Positions 27,073 to 33,809 of a DNA stretch of 33,809 nt are shown piece by piece. Made by a program: the position numbers and the translations under genes. The notes under the pieces are model-generated. The model searched no databases, was not told where the DNA came from, and was given only the letters and a program-made list of their open reading frames with translations. The stretch spans positions 1 to 33,809 of the forward strand of contig CALXQF010000001.1 in the NCBI GenBank assembly GCA_944390505.1. The letters are read 5' to 3'. Numbering within the stretch: the first letter of the stretch is position 1; each line of letters starts with the position of its first letter. The stretch is from an uncultured Clostridia bacterium (GTDB taxonomy: Bacteria > Bacillota > Clostridia > TANB77 > CAG-508).

Positions 27073-27417
27073 TCAGGACTCTTTATGTTGTTCATTCCAT
27101 CTATTTACTCTAATATTTTGGTAAGCTTGTAATACTTCGGAGTATTTACGATACTCATCTTCCCACACAATAGATGGTATCTTATCATATGCCTCAAACA
27201 CTTTTTCTGCTTCTGCTAGAAATATAATTTGTTCTTGAGGACTCATTAATTTATATTTTTTTGAAAATTTATATAATTTGTCTAGCATATCATTTGCTTG
27301 TATAAAACTCACAAAATCTTTAATTTTAATCCCTGCCATTCGAATCTGTAAAACAGCTGTTGCTACTAAAGCAAAAATAATAAAAATGAGTAGGTAGACA
27401 ATTGACATAATTTCCAT
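27073..27417 (-). CDS. Single-TM membrane-anchored protein, hypothetical
   Basis: AAGGAGCAAG RBS and an N-terminal TM helix (IVYLLIFIIFALVATAVL). No recognisable domain. Confidence 0.45.
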   Translation of the reverse strand: MEIMSIVYLLIFIIFALVATAVLQIRMAGIKIKDFVSFIQANDMLDKLYKFSKKYKLMSPQEQIIFLAEAEKVFEAYDKIPSIVWEDEYRKYSEVLQAYQNIRVNRWNEQHKES

Positions 27418-27487
27418 TTACTTGCTCCTTTTGATTTGTTTTTTTTATTATAGCATTGTTCTTTTTGAGGCGCAAGCGTTTTTTAGT

Positions 27488-27685
27488 TTACGCATAAATA
27501 TTCGGAGATAACACAGGGCGAAAGCTTATATCATTATAGTCGTTACCATAATGGTTGCTGAAACAAAATGCACCAGCATATGATTCAAGACTATAGCTAC
27601 CCCATTGATTTGTGAAAACATAAATTTTTATTAACAGTTTTACAATTGTTACAAATTCTTCATATTTTTTATTTCTTTCTATCAT
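27488..27685 (-). CDS. Doubtful short ORF. Possible remnant resembling a DUF1566/Lcl C-terminal-type motif
   Basis: No RBS. The C-terminal stretch NQWGSYSLESYAGAFCFSNHYGNDYNDISFRPVL loosely resembles the WSST...AW...F..G......VRxV pattern. Confidence 0.2.
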   Translation of the reverse strand: MIERNKKYEEFVTIVKLLIKIYVFTNQWGSYSLESYAGAFCFSNHYGNDYNDISFRPVLSPNIYA

Positions 27686-27796
27686 TTTATGTTATAATTA
27701 GATTCAGTTGAAATATTCATGTTAATAATAATTAAAATTCATGAATATAAATCAATCTATAACAAAATACAGTATGAAATGAAAAGGGATATTACT

Positions 27797-28654
27797 ATGG
27801 AACGTTTTGAAAAAACTAAAAAAGCTGGATTATATGGTATATTAGGTAACATTTTTTTATTAATTATAAAAGGCACTGCTGGTTTTTTATTTAAAAGTCA
27901 ATCTATGATAGCAGATGCTATGAATAGTGCAAGCGATATATTTGCTTCTTTAATGACTTTTATTGGGAATAAAATTGCAAGTGAGCCAAGTGATAAAAGT
28001 CACAATTTTGGACATGGAAAAGCAGAGTACATCTTTTCTATGCTGATTTCTATTTCTATGATGATTGTTGCTTTTAAATTATTTTATGATTCACTTAATA
28101 GTTTATTTCAGGGAAGTGAGTTGGTTTTCTCATGGCTATTAATTATTGTATGTTGCATTACTATTGTGGTAAAGCTATCTCTTTATATTTATACAAATAA
28201 ACTTTCTAAAAAATATAACAATATTTTGTTAGAGTCAAATAAAAAAGACCATCGTAATGACTGTATTGTTACTTCTTTTACTTTAATTTCTATTTTACTA
28301 ACTTTAGTGGGCATTTATTGGTTTGATGGTATTGTTGGAATTGGCATTTCTATTTGGATTTGTTTTACTGGTGTAAAAATTTTTGTTGAAAGTTATAATG
28401 TACTGATGGATATTTCTATTGATGAAAAAACAAAAGAACTAATTTTAGATTTAGCTCATCATTATAAGAATATTCAAAAAATGGATGAAATTGTATCTAC
28501 TCCTGTTGGTTATCAATATGTTGTGTTCTTAACTATTTATGTAGATGGCAATATGTCTACATTTGAGAGTCATGAGTTAGCTGATAAACTTGAAAAAAAT
28601 GTAACTGCTTTAGATAATATCTATAAAGCGATTGTTCATGTGAATCCAATTTAA
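27797..28654 (+). CDS. Cation diffusion facilitator (CDF) family metal efflux transporter
   Basis: Six TM helices with a DxxxD motif in TM2 (ADAMNSASD) and an HxxxD motif in TM5 (HRNDCIVTS), plus a C-terminal cytoplasmic domain. ATG 27797 has an AAAGGG RBS. Confidence 0.85.
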   Translation: MERFEKTKKAGLYGILGNIFLLIIKGTAGFLFKSQSMIADAMNSASDIFASLMTFIGNKIASEPSDKSHNFGHGKAEYIFSMLISISMMIVAFKLFYDSLNSLFQGSELVFSWLLIIVCCITIVVKLSLYIYTNKLSKKYNNILLESNKKDHRNDCIVTSFTLISILLTLVGIYWFDGIVGIGISIWICFTGVKIFVESYNVLMDISIDEKTKELILDLAHHYKNIQKMDEIVSTPVGYQYVVFLTIYVDGNMSTFESHELADKLEKNVTALDNIYKAIVHVNPI

Positions 28655-28656
28655 TG

Positions 28657-28739
28657 TCAATTAAGAGTTTGACCTAAAATATTAATTTATAACTAAAGCA
28701 TGAAAATTTAATCAGATTTTAGGTTAAACTCTTAATTGA
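28657..28739. terminator. Long inverted repeat (24-bp arms, 35-nt loop) filling the CDF-clpC convergent spacer. Probable bidirectional terminator
   Basis: TCAATTAAGAGTTTGACCTAAAAT (28657-28680) pairs with ATTTTAGGTTAAACTCTTAATTGA (28716-28739), with one G-T position. Confidence 0.5.
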
Positions 28740-28741
28740 TT

Positions 28742-31192
28742 TTATTGAATCACAATAGCCTCATTTTCTACAGTTGCAGTTGCTTTTTTATGAGCCTCTA
28801 ATTTTCCGTCTAAAATTTCTTCTGCAATCTTATCTTCTAACAAGTTTTGAATGGCTCTTTTTAAAGGTCTTGCACCGTAATTGGTGTCTACTCCTTTTTT
28901 GGCGATTAAGTCTTTTACCTTATCATCTACTGTTAAATCAATATTTTGCTCTTTTAAACGTTTTGTTACTTGTTTTAACATAATATCAATAATTTGTTTA
29001 ATATCTTCATCTGTCAATTTATGGAATACAATAATTTCATCAATACGGTTAATAAATTCTGGTCTAAACTCTTTTTTTAGTTCTCCCATAACATCTTTTT
29101 TGATATTTTCATATTCTTTTTGTGATTCTTCTTTGGTATTGTTATTTACTGTAAATCCTAATGATTTTTTGTCTGTAATCATTCTTGCACCAATATTAGA
29201 TGTCATAATGACTACTGTATTTTTAAAATTAACTGTTCTTCCTTGGCTATCTGTTAAACGTCCATCATCCAGAATTTGTAATAACATATTCATTACATCT
29301 GGGTGAGCTTTTTCAATTTCATCTAATAAAATAACAGAATATGGTTTTCTTCTAATTTTTTCTGTTAATTGACCCCCTTCGTCAAAACCTACATATCCTG
29401 GAGGTGAACCAATTAATTTTGCAACAGAATGTGGTTCCATATATTCAGACATATCAATACGAATTAATGCATCTTCATTACCAAATAAACTTTCAGCTAA
29501 GGCTTTTGAAAGTTCTGTTTTGCCTACACCAGTTGGTCCTAAAAATAAAAATGAGCCAATTGGACGATTTGGATCTTTTAATCCAACTCTTCCTCTTCTA
29601 ATTGCTTTTGCCACTGCTTCTACTGCTTCATCTTGACCTATAACTCTTTGATGTAAAGTTTTTTCTAGATTTTTTAGTTTTTCATTTTCACTTTGTGTTA
29701 ATTTTTGAACTGGTACACCTGTCCAACCAGAAACAACCTCTGCAATATCTTCTTCTGTTAAAGTAGTCACACTTTTGGTGTTTTTACTTTCCCATTTTTC
29801 CTTTTCTTTTTGTAGTTTTTCTTTTGCTTCCTTTTCTTTGTCGCGAAGACTTGCTGCTTTTTCAAAATCTTGCACTCTGATTGCTTCTTCTTTTTCCTTA
29901 TCTAAAGCCGCAATTTTTTCTTCCATTTTTTTCAAAGAGTCTGGCTCCTTGAATGTTCTCATTTTTACACGTGAAGCTGCTTCGTCAATTAAGTCAATTG
30001 CTTTATCTGGCAAAAATCTATCATTAATATATCTTGTAGATAATTCTACTGCTGCATGAATTGCTTCATCTGTAATTTTTACATTATGATGTGCTTCATA
30101 TTTGTCACGAATTCCTTTTAGAATTTCTGTGGTTTCCTCTTGTGTTGGCTCACCTACGTTGACTGGGCTAAAACGTCTTTCTAAAGCACTATCTTTTTCA
30201 ATATATTTACGGTATTCGTTAAGAGTTGTAGCACCTACTACTTGAACTTCTCCTCTTGCTAATAATGGTTTTAAAATATTCGCTGCATCAACGGCACCTT
30301 CTGCAGAACCTGCACCTACAATGGTATGAACTTCATCTATAAACAGAATGACATCTCCTGCTTTTTTTACTTCTTCTAAGCATTTTTTAATTCTTTCTTC
30401 AAAATCCCCACGATATTTAGCTCCTGCCACCATACTTGCAATATCTAAGCTTACCACTCTTTTATTTTTTAGCATTTGTGGTACATCTTCTGCCACTATT
30501 TTTTCTGCCAAACCTTCTACAACAGCTGTTTTACCAACACCTGGCTCACCAATTAGACATGGATTATTTTTTGTTCTTCTTGATAAAATTTGAATAACCC
30601 TTTCGATTTCCTCTTTTCTACCAATGACAGGGTCTAGCTTTCCTTCTCTTGCTTGTTTTGTTAAATCATTACCAAATTGATTCAAAGTAGGAGTTTGATT
30701 AAAACTTCCTCTTGCCTTACTATTAGATTGTTTTTCACTAGTACCTGCGTTTTCATCTTCATTAATCACTTTAATGATTTCATTGTATAATTTTTGAGGG
30801 TTCACGTTTAAGTCCATCATAATACGAACAGCCACACTATCTCCTTCACGCATAATTCCGATTAATAAATGCTCTGTTCCTATAAATTCAGAACCTAATT
30901 TTCTTGCTTCAATAAAAGCATTTTCAATCACTCTTTTACTTCTAGGAGTAAAACCAATAGAGTCTTCATCTTCAATTTTATCTCCTTTTCCAATTAATTC
31001 TGCTATTTCATCTGCTACTTTTTCTGGTGTCATTTCTTGCATTGTTAATACTTGGCTTGCAACACCGCTTCCTTCTTTTATTAAACCATACAAAATATGT
31101 TCTGTTCCTATGTAATTATGTCCAAAATTTGCTGCTAACTCTGCTGCTAATTCTAGTGCTTTTTCAGCACGATTTGTAAATTTATACATCAT
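28742..31192 (-). CDS. clpC: ATP-dependent Clp protease ATP-binding subunit ClpC
   Basis: 816 aa. It has a Clp_N repeat, two AAA+ modules (GEPGVGKT and GPTGVGKT) and a UVR-like middle domain, and is the last gene of the ctsR operon. Confidence 0.96.
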   Translation of the reverse strand: MMYKFTNRAEKALELAAELAANFGHNYIGTEHILYGLIKEGSGVASQVLTMQEMTPEKVADEIAELIGKGDKIEDEDSIGFTPRSKRVIENAFIEARKLGSEFIGTEHLLIGIMREGDSVAVRIMMDLNVNPQKLYNEIIKVINEDENAGTSEKQSNSKARGSFNQTPTLNQFGNDLTKQAREGKLDPVIGRKEEIERVIQILSRRTKNNPCLIGEPGVGKTAVVEGLAEKIVAEDVPQMLKNKRVVSLDIASMVAGAKYRGDFEERIKKCLEEVKKAGDVILFIDEVHTIVGAGSAEGAVDAANILKPLLARGEVQVVGATTLNEYRKYIEKDSALERRFSPVNVGEPTQEETTEILKGIRDKYEAHHNVKITDEAIHAAVELSTRYINDRFLPDKAIDLIDEAASRVKMRTFKEPDSLKKMEEKIAALDKEKEEAIRVQDFEKAASLRDKEKEAKEKLQKEKEKWESKNTKSVTTLTEEDIAEVVSGWTGVPVQKLTQSENEKLKNLEKTLHQRVIGQDEAVEAVAKAIRRGRVGLKDPNRPIGSFLFLGPTGVGKTELSKALAESLFGNEDALIRIDMSEYMEPHSVAKLIGSPPGYVGFDEGGQLTEKIRRKPYSVILLDEIEKAHPDVMNMLLQILDDGRLTDSQGRTVNFKNTVVIMTSNIGARMITDKKSLGFTVNNNTKEESQKEYENIKKDVMGELKKEFRPEFINRIDEIIVFHKLTDEDIKQIIDIMLKQVTKRLKEQNIDLTVDDKVKDLIAKKGVDTNYGARPLKRAIQNLLEDKIAEEILDGKLEAHKKATATVENEAIVIQ

Positions 31193-31209
31193 ATTCTTAC
31201 ACTTCCTTT

Positions 31210-32226
31210 CTATTCTTTTATAATTTGCTTAATTACTTCTGGTCGTTTAATTTCTCTTTCATAACCATCTAACTGCTTTCCTACATATTTTTGCAAATTA
31301 GCTGGTTGGTTATATAAGTATAATTTAGATATTTTACTATCTGTTAATTCTTTGATAATTCCTAAATCTGTTCCTAATTTCACATAAGATAATAGCTTTT
31401 TACATTCATCTGAAGATAGTTTAGTAGCATATGCTAAAGTTCCATAAGCACGATAAACTCTATCTTCTAAATCAATCGAATTTTTGGCCAAATATTTTCT
31501 TGCCATTCTTTCTTGTTCTATTACCTTTTCTGTAATGGTATTTAAGTTTTTAATAATATCATTTTCTGTTAAGCCTAATGTTTGATTATTCGAAATTTGA
31601 TAAATATCTCCTTGGCTTTGTGTTCCTTCTCCATAAATACCACGAATGTTCATTCCAAAACCATTCACAATATTTAAAATCTTATGAATATTACCAGTCA
31701 TAGTTAATGCAGGTAAATGCACCATAACAGAAGCACGCATTGCAGTACCTACATTAGTTGGGCAAGATGTTAAATATCCATATTTCTCACTAAAAGCATA
31801 ATGTAACATTCCATCTAGCTTTTCATCTATTTCAATCATTAGATTTTTTAGATTTTCCAAATCTAATCCAGAAGCAAATACTTGCATTCGTAAATGATCT
31901 TCTTCATTAATCATCATGCAAATATTTTCTTCATCGTTGATTAAAATAGCTCCATGCTTTTCTTTATTTACTGCAAATTCTGGGCTGATGACATGCTTTT
32001 CTACTAAACTAACTTTGGTAATATCATCTATATCATTTAAGTTAATAAATTTTAGCCCATAGCCAATACTTGGTGTGATTTCTTTTATTTTATCTAAAAC
32101 TTCTTGTGCTTGCTCTTTTGAAAATTTTGTAGGAAATGGATACTCTCTTAAATTTCTAGCAAGTCTTACTCTTGAACTAATTACTACATCCGAATCTTTT
32201 CCATTTTGTAAATACCAATTTACCAT
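31210..32226 (-). CDS. mcsB: Protein arginine kinase McsB
   Basis: Phosphagen-kinase-like core (EEDHLRMQ, SCPTNVGTAMRASV). RBS AAGGAGG. Confidence 0.93.
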   Translation of the reverse strand: MVNWYLQNGKDSDVVISSRVRLARNLREYPFPTKFSKEQAQEVLDKIKEITPSIGYGLKFINLNDIDDITKVSLVEKHVISPEFAVNKEKHGAILINDEENICMMINEEDHLRMQVFASGLDLENLKNLMIEIDEKLDGMLHYAFSEKYGYLTSCPTNVGTAMRASVMVHLPALTMTGNIHKILNIVNGFGMNIRGIYGEGTQSQGDIYQISNNQTLGLTENDIIKNLNTITEKVIEQERMARKYLAKNSIDLEDRVYRAYGTLAYATKLSSDECKKLLSYVKLGTDLGIIKELTDSKISKLYLYNQPANLQKYVGKQLDGYEREIKRPEVIKQIIKE

Positions 32227-32253
32227 ATTTCCTCCTTCTTCAGCTTCAGGTCT

Positions 32254-32350
32254 GTCCCTGGACTGACAATTTGTCAGTTCTGGGACGTAGCTGTGACTGA
32301 CATTTTGTCAGTTAAAGGAACGTCCCAAAACTGACATGCCAAAACTGACA
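32254..32350. repeat. Nested-palindrome intergenic repeat, copy 3 (mcsA-mcsB spacer)
   Basis: GTCCCtggaCTGACAATTTGTCAGttctGGGACGT...CTGACATTTTGTCAG-ttaaa-GGAACGTCCC-aaaa-CTGACA...CTGACA. Same modules and orientation as copies 1 and 2. Confidence 0.8.
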
Positions 32351-32355
32351 TAGCT

Positions 32356-32946
32356 TTATGATAATTTTTTAATTTCGTCTCTTATTTTTGCTGCATCTTC
32401 ATAACGTTCTTCCTTGATCGCTTTTTTCAAGTCCATATTTAATTGTTTGATTTTTTCTTCTTTGCTATTATGTTGTTTTTCCTTTTCTTTATTTTTTTCT
32501 ACTTCAGTTGTTTTTTTACCTTTTACTTTTTGAACATCTTCCTCAACTGTTTTTCTGTCTTCTAAACTTAAATTACTTCTTCTTCCTACATGTCTTGCAG
32601 AACCATGAATATTTTTTAGTACATTATCTAGTCCATCTGCAAAAATGTCATAGCAATTACTACAACCAAATTTACCAGTATCTATAAACTCATCATAAGT
32701 TGTACCACAATTATCACATTGCATTGTGGTTGTTTTCGTAAAGCTTGGCAAAAAGTCTGTGCTTTCTGTTCCTCCAAAAAAGTCTCCTAAAAAGCTAGAA
32801 AAATTAATTGGCATATTAAAGTCCAAATTTTCTAATCCTAAACTTTTGGCACATTTATCACAAAGTGCCATTTCTTTTTTTACACCATTAATAATTTGTG
32901 TGTAACGAAAGTTTACTTCATTTTTTCCACAATTTTGACATAACAT
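32356..32946 (-). CDS. mcsA: McsA, activator of protein arginine kinase (zinc-finger and UVR motif protein)
   Basis: MLCQNCGKNE...CDKC...CDNCG...CSNC form four CxxC pairs, with a C-terminal UVR motif (EERYEDAAKIRDEIKKL). ATG 32946 has an AAAGGAGG RBS. Confidence 0.88.
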   Translation of the reverse strand: MLCQNCGKNEVNFRYTQIINGVKKEMALCDKCAKSLGLENLDFNMPINFSSFLGDFFGGTESTDFLPSFTKTTTMQCDNCGTTYDEFIDTGKFGCSNCYDIFADGLDNVLKNIHGSARHVGRRSNLSLEDRKTVEEDVQKVKGKKTTEVEKNKEKEKQHNSKEEKIKQLNMDLKKAIKEERYEDAAKIRDEIKKLS

Positions 32947-32983
32947 AAAAATCAACCTCCTTTATTTTTTATGTTTTGTTTAT

Positions 32984-33439
32984 CTATTCATCTTCTACTA
33001 AATTAATTAACATATTTTTAAAAATCTTTGCCCTTAGCTTATCCCTTATGTCTTGTGATACTGTTAGTACATTATCACTTGTTGCTACTTTTAATAATTT
33101 CGCTTCTGTTTTTGAGATAATCTCTTCAGATAGAAAATTACTAATAAAAATGTCTACTTCTTGTGAAGTAATTTGATCTCCTATACTACTAATAGCATGC
33201 ATTAAATAATTACTTTTGGTAACATTAATTTTTTTAATTTTAATATGTCCTCCTCCACCTCTTTTACTTTCTACATAATATCCTTGTGATGGATTGAATC
33301 TAGTGGCTATGACATAATTAATTTGTGATGGTACACAGTTAAAATGCTGTGCCAAATCATTTCTTTGAATTTCAATAAAATCTTCATCATCAGAAAACAT
33401 TTCTTTAATAAAGTCTTCTATCATATCAGATATTCTCAT
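32984..33439 (-). CDS. ctsR: Transcriptional repressor of class III stress genes CtsR
   Basis: MRISDMIEDFIKEM...RNDLAQHFNCVPSQINYVIATRF...ESKRGGGGHIKI contains the HTH and glycine-rich loop typical of CtsR. It is the first gene of ctsR-mcsA-mcsB-clpC. Confidence 0.92.
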   Translation of the reverse strand: MRISDMIEDFIKEMFSDDEDFIEIQRNDLAQHFNCVPSQINYVIATRFNPSQGYYVESKRGGGGHIKIKKINVTKSNYLMHAISSIGDQITSQEVDIFISNFLSEEIISKTEAKLLKVATSDNVLTVSQDIRDKLRAKIFKNMLINLVEDE

Positions 33440-33552
33440 TTTATCACTTCCCCATTTTGTCTGTTTCTTTCATATAGGTGAATATTATCCTACTTTTTTT
33501 ATATTTCTGTATAATAAGGAACTTTACTCTTTTTATGAAAGTCGAATTTGTT

Positions 33553-33576
33553 TTTTGACTTTGACTTTCTTTGACC
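33553..33576 (-). promoter_or_regulatory. CtsR operator (tandem heptad direct repeats)
   Basis: The minus strand reads GGTCAAA-gaa-AGTCAAA-GTCAAAA, matching the consensus A/GGTCAAA-NAN-A/GGTCAAA, immediately downstream of the -10 element. Confidence 0.8.
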
Positions 33577-33587
33577 TTACGTATTAT

Positions 33588-33616
33588 ATTATACGCATCC
33601 TCTTTTAAAACTACAA
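33588..33616 (-). promoter_or_regulatory. Sigma-A promoter of the ctsR operon
   Basis: On the minus strand, TTGTAG (rc of 33611-33616), a 17-nt spacer, then TATAAT (rc of 33588-33593). Confidence 0.55.
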
Positions 33617-33809
33617 ATTTTATTTTTCTTGTTTTTATTTAGAATTTTATTATTTTGTTGTGATTTCTTGTTGTTTTCTTTTGTTTTCTAATTTTTTCTT
33701 CTCTTTTCTTTTATTTTTATTGTTTATTCCTCTGGTTAGTGATATTCTCCATCTTTTTAGCTTTTTCCTTTTGCTTTTCTAATGTAAGCCATGCAAAATA
33801 AGAAGAAAC

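Noticed and set aside
27686-27796. Possible metal-sensing riboswitch (czcD/NiCo type) upstream of the CDF transporter.
   Set aside because: The leader is almost pure A+T, with none of the G+C-rich paired elements or conserved bulges of that class. Only short ATTCATG repeats are present.
33717-33809. Possible 3' end of a minus-strand gene at the right window edge (...WLTLEKQKEKAKKMENITNQRNKQ-stop).
   Set aside because: Only about 30 codons of low-complexity sequence are visible, with no way to confirm the frame or identity.

Overview
AT-rich (about 30% G+C by eye) chromosomal core region of a low-GC Firmicute, probably a Clostridia- or Tissierellia-type anaerobe. Nearly all genes are on the minus strand. 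Reading the minus strand from right to left: the class III stress operon ctsR-mcsA-mcsB-clpC with a textbook CtsR operator; a CDF transporter (+ strand); a NifS-type cysteine desulfurase; an XRE regulator (+); two half-size TauE/SafE permease genes; a Cys-rich repeat protein (+); murI; a NodB-type deacetylase; a tandem-OB SSB-like protein; scpB-proS; a membrane J-domain protein; an amine dehydrogenase-like gene; prmC; whiA; hemW-hrcA-grpE-dnaK-dnaJ with CIRCE; cdaA; truA; and the start of a Tad/Flp-like pilus locus (cpaB, two ParA-fold genes, partial cpaF-like gene). I saw no tRNA, rRNA, CRISPR array, transposase or recognisable defence system. Four things are not explained by the gene content. 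(1) A nested-palindrome repeat family (CTGACA-N3-TGTCAG plus GGGACGTTCC/GGAACGTCCC modules) has three same-orientation copies, all intergenic, two of them inside stress operons. (2) A roughly 149-bp element with a G+C-rich core and perfect 16-bp terminal inverted repeats sits between grpE and dnaK. (3) scpB and a TauE gene each carry a one-nucleotide frame break, both an extra C before GGA. These create the only two in-frame CGG codons I found in the window. (4) A coat-like protein carries 13 CDKx tetrapeptide repeats, including a perfect 36-bp DNA duplication. All functional calls come from reading the translations and motifs, since no database search was possible.
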